Assembly: GCF_006345805.1 (NCBI RefSeq)
Contig: NC_043000.1
Location: 42,470,001-42,534,000, forward strand
Source of the DNA: Octopus sinensis
Lineage: Eukaryota
DNA length: 64,000 nt
Direction of reading: 5' to 3'
Shown: piece by piece, positions 12,968 to 24,838 of the stretch
Layout: every line of letters begins with the position of its first letter
How positions within the stretch are numbered: the stretch's first letter is position 1
Notes under the pieces: generated by a model
Told to the model about the DNA's origin: nothing
Seen by the model: only the letters and a program-made list of their open reading frames with translations
Database searches by the model: none
Translations under genes and position numbers: made by a program

Positions 12968-13128
12968 GGTTAATAGCCACATCAATATGGCTGCTCGCTG
13001 TTACTACCGTTTTAACCCCAGGCAGATATATACAGGGTGCAGTCTGCACCTATAACCATCTTGCAAAATATCTGCCTGGGGTTAAGACGGTAATAACATC
13101 GAAAAACCATATTGATGTGGCGATTAGC
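12968..13128. mobile_element. MITE-like fold-back, ~160 bp
   Basis: GCCACATCAATATGG/CCATATTGATGTGGC and CCGTTTTAACCCCAGGCAGATAT/ATATCTGCCTGGGGTTAAGACGG inverted blocks. Confidence 0.65.
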
Positions 13129-13129
13129 T

Positions 13130-14181
13130 TTACTTCTTATATATATTTATACCTTTTGCTAGTCAATTTCAAAAAAGGGCGTAAAACAGCTGAAGCTGCT
13201 CGCGACATCAATGAAACATTTGTAGTCAGCTCGAAAATGGTTTTAAGTGATTTGGCAGTGGAAACCTGAGCCTTGAAGATCGTAAGCGTAGTGGATGCCT
13301 ATCTGCCATAGATGACAGTCATTTAAGACCGTCAATGAGAAAGATCCACATAAAACCAATTGAGAACTCGCAAAAGGATTTCAAGTTAGCCAGAAAACTG
13401 CCTGTACTATTTGCATGCGGTCGGAAAATCAAAAAAGCTCGGCAAATGGGATTTGAACGAAAATCAGAAAATGTGCAAATAGGAAATTTGCTCATCGCTT
13501 CTTCTCCGCAACCAGACCGATCCATTTCTCGACGTATTGTAACTTGCGATGAAAACTGAATTTTGTACAATAATAAAAAAAATGTTCCTCGCAGTGGTTG
13601 GACCAAAACGAAGCAGTGTAAACCTTCCATAAACCCGAGCTATTCAAAAAGAAGGTTATGGTGACTCTTTGGTGGTGTACTGCTGGACTTATCCACTATA
13701 ACTTCTTAAAACCTGGAAAAACCATTTCTACAGAAACCTGTTGCCTTGAAATAGCCAAAATGAACGAAAAACTGCTACTCCTCAATCTCAGACTGGTCAA
13801 CAGAAGAGGGTCAATCATTCTTCATGACAATGCTTCGATCACACGTTTCACTAATGACGCTCCAGAAGTTGAGGGAAGTTCTTCCCCACCAAACTTATTC
13901 CCCAGAACTATCGCCTACCGAATATCACTTTTTCATGCACCTTGATGGTTTCCTGCGCGAGAAAGAGTTTAAAAATCAAACCGATGCTGAAAGTGCGTTC
14001 AAAGAATTCATTAGCTCCAGAACTCCAGATTTTCATGTTACCAGAATAAACAAACTTGTGAATGGTTGGCAAAAACTTGTTGATTGAAATGATACTTTGA
14101 TGAATAAAATCTCCGCATTGTCGAAATATATTGTGATGAATGAGATGTTTTAAAATGATGCTTACTTTTTACTGAGCCTTA
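13130..14181 (+). pseudogene. Degenerate mariner (Tc1/mariner DD34D-type) transposase, 5'-truncated element
   Basis: Motifs FLDRIVTCDE, KVMVTLWW, IILHDNA, YSPELSPTEYHFF and KLVNGWQK across frameshifts; TIR-like end CTTACTTTTTACTGAGCCT|TA. Confidence 0.92.
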
Positions 14182-14285
14182 TATATATATGTGTGTGTGT
14201 GTGTGCGTTTGTGTGTGTGACCGCGTGTGTATCGTTGGCGATTTTTTTCCTCTACCTTCCCTTCCTTGGATCTTTCCTTTTCCTA

Positions 14286-14321
14286 TGTTTCTGACGAAGA
14301 GCTCCGCTCGAAACGTTACAA
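14286..14321 (+). ncRNA. Solo minimal hammerhead motif (PLE-type) in a ~230-bp element between microsatellites
   Basis: TGTTT-CTGACGA-A-GAGC(tcc)GCTC-GAAA-CG-TT^ACAA. Core and stem II intact; stem I weak. Confidence 0.65.
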
Positions 14322-14433
14322 TCCTCCTCCTTTCTTTCCTTTCCTGAGCGTCCAATAACATTATAATTGTTCCATGTCCGCGCGCTGTTGCTTTCTCTTT
14401 GTGTTTTCATGTTTGGATTAACTTTATATATAC

Positions 14434-14513
<80 letters not shown>

Positions 14514-14559
14514 TATATACATACATACATATAAAATATTTATATATATATATATATAT

Positions 14560-14605
<46 letters not shown>

Positions 14606-14624
14606 GCGCCAATAGCTAAATATA

Positions 14625-14831
14625 CGAGGGGAGGGGCTGAAAAGTTCATGGCTTTAAGGTCTGCTTGGAGGCCCAAACTTTCCACTTCTTTTACAGGGCT
14701 TAGAAAAACTGAAGGAATGCTGCAATAAGTGTGTGAATCTCAGAGCTGAGATATAGTGAATGCATGCATAAGTAAGTGATCTTCATGGATTTTCTTTTAC
14801 CTAAAGCCAGGAACATTTCAGCACTCACTCG
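14625..14831. mobile_element. Mariner (irritans-like) MITE with TA target site duplication
   Basis: TA|CGAGGGGAGGGGCTGAAAAGTTCATGGCTTT ... AAAGCCAGGAACATTTCAGCACTCACTCG|TA imperfect TIRs. Confidence 0.75.
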
Positions 14832-15173
14832 TATTTATATTCGACGCACATACGTACTCTTTCTGATTCTGACTATAAAAATTCCACTCACGTGTTCTTC
14901 GAGAACCCATACCTTGTAAGTTGAATGTAATTGTAGTGAGTCACTTAAAGGTTTATAGATGCAGAATCGAATCTAGTAGCACATATATACTACAGAAGCC
15001 TCTTAACCATAAAGACACTCGTGTAGCATTCCTGATCGTTACCATATTATATGCTTACATACTTCAATTGACTGTGTTTACGCCGTTCTACATCGAATTC
15101 TTACGTATTTATCTATTTATGTATTTGTATATATATGAATATATATATATAATATATATATATATGTGTGTAT

Positions 15174-15253
<80 letters not shown>

Positions 15254-16079
15254 TTAGATAGAGAGGTATAGATATAATCATTTCCTTTTAAGAAGTGAGG
15301 TCTTATCTATAGATAGCTAGCTATAATTTTGTAGAGTATATACACGTCTACATACATGTATATACGTATATGTGTATATATGTATATGTTATGTTTCTTT
15401 ATGTGTATATAGATATATACACAGAAGTATGTGCGTACGTATTCAATAACCATTTTATTCAATTTGTTGGAAGCAGGTGTTGTTGAATTCTTTTTATTCA
15501 CCTACTCCAGTGGATGGCGTCCAATTGCTTAAGCAACATCAAATGTCATCTAACTATCATCAAACAAAGTTAACAATGTCTGCCTGAAGCTGAGGAGTGT
15601 AAGATTTTCACCAAGCAGATTCATAGAGCTTTTTCGAAAACCTGCTCCAAAATTTGTATGAAAAGAAGCCAGAAGAAATAAAATATTATTGAATAATCCG
15701 GTTTCTTCTCCTGACACTCCTCACAGTTGACATCTATAAACCTATTGGATCGATTTGTTTCTTTAAAAGATTTTCAAGATAATGTTTCTTCGTGCAAAAA
15801 CAACCAGACATTCGGTGTTTTATTGATTAATGATATAAGCACAAGGCCTCAGATTTATTTACCAATATACTTTACATATTATTTGAAATATTGAAAACAG
15901 AGTAATGTAGATATACACACTTTATAGATTGACTTTTACAGCAGCTTATTAAATCTTTAATGTCGTTTCTCTCTCTCTCCCTCTCGGTCATTATACATAC
16001 ACAGTAGCAAACACATACACGCACACCTGCATGAATCATGTGCTAGCGCGATGCGTAGTGGTTAAGATATCATATACAG

Positions 16080-16610
16080 ATAGGCACAGGAGTGGCTCTG
16101 TGGTAAGTAGCTTGCTTACCAATCACATGGTTCCGGTTCATTCCCACTGCGTGGCACCTTGGGCAAGTGCCTTCTACTATAGCGATGCGTAGTGGTTAGG
16201 ATACCATACACATGATAGGTGCATGAGTGGCTGTGTGGTAAGTAGCTTGCTTACCAACCACATGGTTCCGGGTTAATTCCCACTGCATGGCACCTTGGGC
16301 ATGTGTCTTCTACTATAGCCTGGGGCCGACAAAGCCTTTGGTAGACGGAAACTGAAAGAAGCCTGTCGTATATGTATATATATATATGTGTGTGTGTGTT
16401 TGTGTGTCTGTGTTTGTCCCCCCAGCATCACTTGACAACCAATGCTGGTGTGTTTATGTCACCGTAACTTAGCGGTTCGACAAAAGAGACCGATAAAATA
16501 TGTACTAGGCTTCCAAAGAATAAGTCCCGGGATCGATTTGCTCGACTAAAGGCGGTGCTCCAGCATGGCCGCAGTCAAATGACTGAATCAAATAAAAGAG
16601 AAAAGAGAGA
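16080..16610 (+). mobile_element. SINE family A with duplicated head
   Basis: About 135 bp (flank GCGATGCGTAGTGGTTA plus SINE head up to CTACTATAGC) is duplicated at ~16045-16182 and ~16180-16320, followed by the normal body and tail. Confidence 0.88.
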
Positions 16611-17086
16611 GAATGATCAAAATATTGTGGTTTCGATTACTGGACTGGGTGATGCGTTGCGTTCATTTTACGTAGATCCAGTCCATTCAGGTGGAAAATA
16701 TAAGTACACATGCGCCGTACCGTCAGGGGTTAAGGACGAATATACGCTCCAAAGAATCCGCGGAACCACCTTTATGAGCCAATGGTTCAGGTTTGCCTTT
16801 GGTCTTTTCTGAATTTGAAATATAAACAGGTTAAGTTTTAACAATTGATAATTGGTACCGTTATGGCTAAGCGGATTCTTTATATATATATATATATATA
16901 TATACTAAGAAATAAGGGTTTAGCAACGAGTTGCCTTACCACATACCACGAATTTAGAAATAGCAGTCAAAGGGTTATAGCTATTTCTTCTACTAAAAAG
17001 GGAGATCTCAGTAAAAACAGCATTTGGAAGGCAGACACAAACAGGTAAGAGAGAATGAATTGACTGCAATCTATCATACATTTTTT

Positions 17087-17203
17087 TAGTTATCCACGGA
17101 CGTACGTTTCGAAATGAAGTTTTTAGGAAAGCATAAGAATTAAATATTAAATATAATAATTCTATCTTACCGAAACTTCTTTTCTCTTCAGCGTAGAATA
17201 CTA
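17087..17203 (-). ncRNA. Type-I hammerhead ribozyme, array 2 left arm copy 1
   Basis: Minus strand TAGT-AT-TCTACG-CTGAAGA-GAAAAGAAGTTT...AAACTTCATTTC-GAAAC-GTAC-GTC^CGTGGA-TA-ACTA. Stem I 6+4 bp; stem II 11/12 bp plus inner hairpin; GUC triplet. Confidence 0.85.
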
Positions 17204-17683
17204 TAATCATAAATGATTTATATTGAATTTTGAGATACCAGAAGGCACCAACTCAACTCAGTATCAGAGCGAGCTAGAATCCGCAACTGGTATCACCGAA
17301 TTCAATTTGTGAATGAAACGATTGTGTCAACAGCCCCTTCCCACCCGCGTGTAGCCAAAACAATATGCTGTGGTCATCTACTGAGATAAAATATGGTTAT
17401 CCGTAATAATGAAGGGTGAAATTAATTAATTTGGAAAAATTATCAATTACACCAAGTAGTCTTCGGCATGTAAAAGCCTCATTCGAGGAAAATTTAAGTA
17501 ATACTAAGCAATAAGGGTTTAGCAACGAGTTGCCTTACCACATACCGAATTTAGAAATAGCAGTCAAAGGTTTATAGCTATTTCTTCTACTAAAAAGGGA
17601 GATCTCAGTAAAAACAGCATTTGGAAGGCAGACACAAACAGGTAAGAGAGAATGAATGACTGCAATCTATACATACATTTTTT

Positions 17684-17802
17684 TAGTTATCCACGGACGT
17701 ACGTTTCGAAATGAAGTTTTTAGGAAAGCATAAGAATTAAATATTAAATATTAAATAATTCTATCTTACCGAAACTTCTTTTCTCTTCAGCGTAGAATAC
17801 TA
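17684..17802 (-). ncRNA. Type-I hammerhead ribozyme, array 2 left arm copy 2
   Basis: Same motif, intact. Confidence 0.85.
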
Positions 17803-18283
17803 TAATCATAAATGATATATATATTGAATTTTGAGATACCAGAAGGCACCAACTCAACTCAGTATCAGAGCGAGCTAGAATCCGCAACTGGTATCACCGA
17901 ATTCAATTTGTGAATGAAACGATTGTGTCAACAGCCCCTTCCCACCCGCGTGTAGCCAAAACAAGATGCTGTGGTCATCTACTGAGATAAAATATGGTTA
18001 TCCGTAATAATGAAGGGTGAAATTAATTAATTTGGAAAAATTATCAATTACACCAAGTAGTCTTCGGCATGTAAAAGCCTCATTCGAGGAAAATTTAAGT
18101 AATACTAAGCAATAAGGGTTTAGCAGCGAGTTGCCTTACCACATACCGAATTTAGAAATAGCAGTCAAAGGGTTATAGCTATTTCTTCTACTAAAAAGGG
18201 AGATCTCAGTAAAAAAGCATTTGGAAGGCAGACACAAACAGGTAAGAGAGAATGAATTGACTGCAATCTATCATACATTTTTT

Positions 18284-18402
18284 TAGTTATCCACGGACGT
18301 ACGTTTCGAAATGAAGTTTTTAGGAAAGCATAAGAATTAAATATTAAATATTAAATAATTCTATCTTACCGAAACTTCTTTTCTCTTCAGCGTAGAATAC
18401 TA
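18284..18402 (-). ncRNA. Type-I hammerhead ribozyme, array 2 left arm copy 3
   Basis: Same motif, intact. Confidence 0.85.
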
Positions 18403-18836
18403 TAATCATAAATGATTATATATTGAATTTTGAGATACCGAAGGCACCAACTCCACTCAGTATCAGAGCGAGCTAGAATCCGCAACTGGTATCACCGAAT
18501 TCAATTTGTGAATGAAACGATTGTGTCAACAGCCCCTTCCCACCCGCGTGTAGCCAAAACAAGATGCTGTGGTCATCTACTGAGAAAAATATGGTTATCC
18601 GTAATAATGAAGGGTGAAATTAATTAATTTGGAAAAATTATCAATTACACCAAGTAGTCTTCGGCATGTAAAAGCCTCATTCGAGGAAAATTTAAGTAAT
18701 ACTAAGCAATAAGGGTTTAGCAACGAGTTGCCTTACCACATACCGAATTTAGAAATAGCAGTCAAAGGGTTATAGCTATTTCTTCTACTAAAAAGAGAGA
18801 TCTCAGTAAAAACAGCATTTGGAAGGCAGACACAAA

Positions 18837-18942
18837 CTGAAGAGAAAAGAAGTTTCAGTAAGATAGAATTATTTAATATTTAATATTTACTTCTATGCTT
18901 TCCTAAAAACTTGATTTCGAAACGTACGTCCGTGGATAACTA
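18837..18942 (+). ncRNA. 5'-truncated hammerhead at the inversion junction (lacks the 5' strand of stem I)
   Basis: Inverted arm begins exactly at CTGAAGA; GAAACGTACGTC^ ends at 18930. Confidence 0.75.
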
Positions 18943-19419
18943 AAAAAATGTATGATAGATTGCAGTCAATTCATCTCTCTTACCTGTTTGTGTCTGCCTT
19001 CCAAATGCTGTTTTTACTGAGATCTCCCTTTTTAGTAGAAGAAATAGCTATAACCCTTTGACTGCTATTTCTAAATTCGGTATGTGGTAAGGCAACTCGT
19101 TGCTAAACCCTTATTGCTTAGTATTACTTAAATTTTCCTCGAATGAGGCTTTTACATGCCGAAGACTACTTGGTGTAATTGATAATTTTTCCAAATTAAT
19201 TATTTCACCCTCATTATTACGGATAACCATAATTTTATCTCAGTAGATGACCACAGCATCTTGTTGGCTACACGCGGGTGGGAAGGGGCTGTTGACACAA
19301 TCGTTTCATTCACAAATTGAATTCGGTGATACCAGTTGCGGATTCTAGCTCGCTCTGATACTGAGTTGAGTTGGTGCCTTCTGGTATCTCAAAATTCAAT
19401 ATATAATCATTTATGATTA

Positions 19420-19535
19420 TAGTATTCTACGCTGAAGAGAAAAAGTTTCGGTAGAGAGAATTATTTAATATTTAATATTTAATTCTTATGCTTTCCTAAA
19501 AACTTGATTTCGAAACGTACGTCCGTGGATAACTA
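19420..19535 (+). ncRNA. Type-I hammerhead ribozyme, array 2 right arm, intact
   Basis: CTGAAGA at 19432, GAAAC at 19512, predicted cleavage after C19523. Confidence 0.85.
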
Positions 19536-20016
19536 AAAAAATGTATGATAGATTGCAGTCAATTCATTCTCTCTTACCTGTTTGTGTCTGCCTTCCAAAT
19601 GCTGTTTTTACTGAGATCTCCCTTTTTAGTAGAAGAAATAGCTATAACCCTTTGACTGCTATTTCTAAATTCGGTATGTGGTAAGGCAACTCGTTGCTAA
19701 ACCCTTATTGCTTAGTATTACTTAAATTTTCTTCGAATGAGGCTTTTACATGCCGAAGACTACTTGGTGTAATTGATAATTTTTCAAAATTAATTAATTT
19801 CACCTTTCATTATTACGGATAAACCATTTTTATCTCAGTAGATGACACACAGCAATCTTGTTTTGGCTACACGCGGTGGGAAGGGGCTGTTGACACAATC
19901 GTTTCATTCACAAATTGAATTCGGTGATACCAGTTGCGGATTCTAGCTCGCTCTGATACTGAGTTGAGTTGGTGCTTCTGGTATCTCAAAATTCAATATA
20001 TAATCATTTATGATTA

Positions 20017-20134
20017 TAGTATTCTACGCTGAGAGAAAGAAGTTTCGGTAAGATAGAATTATTTAATATTTAATATTTAATTCTTATGCTTTCCTAAAAA
20101 CTTGATTTCGAAACGTAACGTCCGTGGATAACTA
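20017..20134 (+). ncRNA. Hammerhead copy with disrupted core
   Basis: CTGAGAG instead of CTGAAGAG and GTAAC instead of GTAC; single-base indels that could be mutation or read error. Confidence 0.55.
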
Positions 20135-20435
20135 AAAAAATGTATGATAGATTGGCAGTCAATTCATTCTCTCTTACCTGTTTGTGTCTGCCTTCCAAAT
20201 GCTGTTTTTACTGAGATCTCCCTTTTTAGTAGAAGAAATAGCTATAAACCTTTGACTGCTATTTCTAAATTCGGTATGTGGTAAGGCAACTCGTTGCTAA
20301 ACCCTTATTGCTTAGTATTACTTAAATTTTCCTCGAATGAGGCTTTTACATGCCGAACTACTGTGGTGTAATTGATAATTTTTCCAAATTAATTAATTTC
20401 ACCCTCATTATTACGGATAACTATATATATATATA

Positions 20436-20473
<38 letters not shown>

Positions 20474-20475
<2 letters not shown>

Positions 20476-21206
20476 TAGCATTAAAGACCCGTCGTTGCCG
20501 GGTCATAGTGCTAGTGCATGTATATATGTGTATATATATGTGTACATATTACATGTACATCTATAGATATATACATCTACACATAAAATCCAAATACAAA
20601 GTTATTCTTGATATCGCTAGTGATAACAATACTCAAAATATATAACAGACTGGAATTGTTAGCTCTTCTTTTTTCGCTACATTGTATACTTTATAGACAA
20701 TAGTCTTTTCTTTAATTTAATTTTTTATTATCCATCTGGACTATTCCATTTCTGCACGCTAATTTTATTTTTAATTTATTCCCATTCATGTGGAACCACT
20801 TCTTCAAGTTCAAATCATTGATGCAATTTTATACCAATTGCTATTTTTACTTTTGTATGTTACGATTATATTATACTTTAGTTTGATTTTAATTATTACT
20901 TACTACATATAATTCAATTGTTATTTTAATTTTTATTGTTAAAGTGAATGCGTCTGACATAAAATAGAGAAACGTTTTTGTTTCACTTTTAACACGTAAT
21001 ACTGAAATAGTGGAGAAGATATGATATTGCTATGGGCTCACTCTAGGCAAGAAGTTGAACATATTTCTTTTGCCCATGAAACTACATAGACCCTAAGTAA
21101 GGCATGTGTAAAATTTGAATGAAATTGGTTGTGTAGTTCTCAAGTTTTAGGGAAACACACAGACAAACAGACACACACACATTCTCAGTTTTATTTATAT
21201 AAAGAT
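20474..21206 (+). mobile_element. Helentron-associated (HINE/DINE-like) non-autonomous element
   Basis: Starts ACTAGC...GACCCGTCGTTGCCGGGTC (subterminal hairpin) and ends ...ACAGACAAACAGAC...TTTTATTTATATAAAGAT, inside (TA)n. Confidence 0.65.
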
Positions 21207-21234
21207 ATATATATGTATATATATGCATATATAC

Positions 21235-21284
<50 letters not shown>

Positions 21285-21451
21285 ATGCGTGTGTGTGTGT
21301 TCGATATATATATATAAGTGCATATATATTATATACTATATGCAGTAGTTAAATACATGCACATACGTACTCATACGCGCGTATATATCTATCTATATAT
21401 CTATCTATCTATTTATCTATAAATAAATAAATATAAAATAGTTATTTCCTT

Positions 21452-21651
21452 CTAGACCTATTCGAGGATCATAAGGGCTGGTTTCCCGGTTTCAGTGACG
21501 TATATATTCCACACCTGTACGAGACGACGGTCTGTCGCAGGATTACTCCTTTTTGCCAGGTGAGTGGAGTGGAACAACGTTAAATTAAGTGTTTTGCTCA
21601 AGAACACAACGCATCGTCTGGTCCACCTTAACCACTAAGCCACGCGTCTCC
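21452..21651 (-). mobile_element. tRNA-derived SINE family C, diverged
   Basis: Homologous to 58806-59050 (GAACACAACGC, GTGGACTGGAGCAACG-like and TAACCACTAAGCCACGCG blocks). Confidence 0.7.
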
Positions 21652-22414
21652 ATATATATGCTGGATGATATTTAGTTAAACAAATCAATCGTTCTTTTTC
21701 TTAAGATATCCCAACATTTTCTCGCCCTCATCACATCGATCCTTACCATGTTTCTGTCAGTCTCCTTATTCTGCCACCTGTCATCCAGCTAATTACATTC
21801 CAAATAATGCTTCAGTCCCGTCCATAGAAGAGTTCCAGTCATACCTGCCTCGACAATCTTACAAGATCATCATAATATGTTGCATTAAACCAATTTTCTC
21901 ATTGTCTGTTTGGTCACAAGATCCCACCATCTGGTTTGTAATATTTTACATAAACTTTTTGTTCATCTGAGCATCTAAAGTAATAGTACTGTTCCAAGAT
22001 CGACGTCCATAAACTAATATTGATCTACAAAACGATATCTTATTCATAAGTTGCCATTTGTCGAGAGAGAATGGAGAAGAAATACGCCCATATTACTATT
22101 AGCATGCCATTACGTAATCTGGTATTTTACTTCTAAAACGAAATCCCTAACAAAGCAAGGCATTATTTACAACGATAATCTGGAAGTATAACAAGTGACA
22201 AATGATTTTTATCAGTTCTTCTGCTTTATTTCAATTGGAAAGATTGGATAAATATATATTCATCATTTCTGGTTTGAAACATTTAATCACCAAATGGATC
22301 TTGTTTTCTCTCTTTTGTTAGGGGAACCAATGTTAGTTACATTTCTCCTGTTGCTTTTCTAATCATCAAGTTGTCATCATATGTGTTTTGCATTTATTAT
22401 AATGGAAAAGAACG

Positions 22415-22456
<42 letters not shown>

Positions 22457-22457
<1 letters not shown>

Positions 22458-22529
22458 CCGTGATCGTCTAATGGCTAAGACCCCCACCTTGTGGCCGTGG
22501 TAACCCAGGTTCGAATCCTTGTCATAACA
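22457..22529 (+). tRNA. tRNA-His(GTG)-derived pseudogene
   Basis: GCCGTGATCGTCTAATGGCTAAG...TTGTGGCC...GGTTCGAATCC..TCATAACA. Anticodon GTG at 22491-22493; two C.A mismatches in the acceptor stem. Confidence 0.75.
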
Positions 22530-24361
22530 AACTCCCTCATACTAGTTTTACTCCAGCATGGTTACAACTTTACAAAATAGAATAAAAGGAAAAGTATATA
22601 GATATATTTGAAATTTTAATGGATCTAAGATAAGCAATTTATGCTTAGCTGAAAAATCGCATGTTCTTTTTAAATCTAAGAATTCCACTGCACTACTGAA
22701 AACCAGATCTGAAATTTTCAGCAAACGCAAACATATGGACAAGTTTCTTTGGTGAACAAGTGGGCTCTACCCTCTCAGAATTGAGCAGCTGTCTTGCAGA
22801 CTTCGGTTCCCGCTCCATTAGGTTATTCTATAAAACTAATTTAATTATGACTTTGTGTCAAAGGGGTTATAATTCTAAGTATATTTCTTCTCTGTTCTTT
22901 TTCTGTTTCTATGCATCCATCTACATTTTGCATCTACCTTTTCGCTTTTCCTCGTGATTCACTTGAACCAGTGTCCTGATGTGAAAACTGAATAAACTTT
23001 TTGCTCAGAGCCCAAGATTGCTTGGATTTAAAAGGCGTATTATAAAAACCTGTCTAGACCAGAGTCTCCAAAACAAGAAATTATTAGTAACTCGTATCTT
23101 TATGCTGTGTACATTAAACACCCCACTACACATACAAACACACACTCACAAACACACACACACACAAACACACACACACAACTACACATACACACACACA
23201 TATGTAAATCTATACAAGTGTTCCTTTGCATATGTGTTTAGCATACAACTCCACCACTTGATTTGCTTATGACTCCATAACTCAGCAGTTTGGCAAAACT
23301 GACTGATAACGTATGTATCAGTCTTTTGAAAAATAGCACTGGTGTCGATTAAGAATGATTCGAATCAGGAATATAAAAGAATTAAATTGAAATACCCTAA
23401 TTTTGAATTAACCGACGCTCTACCGAACCGTTTCTTTCTCCCTTATATTGGAAGAAATAACAATATGTCAACCAAGATAGTGATTCAAGAATTGAATAAG
23501 TAAATTCATTGTAAGTATTCCTAGAATTCGAATTCACATGCATCGTTATTAGACAAGGATAAAGTCTGAATGTTTTATGAATTTTTAATCATAGTTCACT
23601 TAGATATTGCAATAAAATATGAAGAAATTAATAAAAGCGATAGATTTTCTTTGTTGTGAATCTCACCTCGGGATATTTTCCAAAATATTACACGTGTCCC
23701 GGTGTCTTTTCGTTTTCTGAAATCTTATGTTAGGCCTTTCTTCTCTCGGTCTGTCTCTATCTGTGTGTGTGTGCATGCGTGCGTGCGCATATATATATAC
23801 ACATATGTGTGTGTTTGAGTGTGTGTACATACAGGTATGTAAGTCTGTATCTATGTATGAATGCATGTATGTACGTATCTACCTATCTATAGCAATATCT
23901 ATATACGTATATAGATATTGGTATAATAGCTATATGAAGGAATCTATGCGACTATGTTTGAACGTGTGTAGAAGCCTGCGTGCAGTGTACAGTTAAATTT
24001 AGTATGATGTGAGAATGAAATGAATATATAACTATTTAATCATTCCGTGACTTTACACACACACACACATACACACACACACACATATTATATATATATA
24101 TATATATATACACATATATATAGCCACAAAGACACACATACACATATATCTGTCAATATCTCAATATCTGTGTATGTGTGTGTATGCGTATATAAATATA
24201 AATACAAATATATATATATATTATATATATATATATATATTATATATATAATATATATATATATATATGCATACATATATATGTATGTGTGTATACATAC
24301 ATACATACGTACGAACATGCACATACACAGACACAATATATTATATATATATATACACACA

Positions 24362-24397
<36 letters not shown>

Positions 24398-24412
24398 TAG
24401 ATAGATAGATAG

Positions 24413-24478
<66 letters not shown>

Positions 24479-24806
24479 CGCTTATGTATGCAAACATTAC
24501 CATCTCATATATATTATGTACATATAAATTAGCTACTAAAGTGATCTAAATTTGCGATGTGTTGTTCAGCATTTATAAATATCATTAGAAAATTCTGCAG
24601 AGGTGTGTGATTAATATCATTTGTCAGTTTTTGTATTGAAAATATAGCAAGGCAATATCTGTCCTCTTACCGGCCGCTATTTTAAAACACTATTTAGTCA
24701 AGTATATTGCACATTACGTGAATAAAATTCACAACATTGTCATAAAATCTGAGCATTTGGATGGAGAAAGAAAAAAAACAGCGATTATGACTGCATTATA
24801 TATATG

Positions 24807-24838
<32 letters not shown>

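Larger units (their letters stand above)
16904..20421. repeat. Tandem plus inverted array 2: ~598-bp unit, 3.2 copies one way then 2.65 inverted, flanked by (TA)n; retrozyme/PLE-like
   Basis: AATAAGGGTTTAGC recurs at 16911, 17510, 18111 and 18708. Orientation flips at 18836/18837; inverted units start at CTGA 18837, 19432 and 20029. Confidence 0.95.

Noticed and set aside
16555-16812. 85-aa ORF
   Set aside because: Starts inside a SINE tail and has no recognisable homology.
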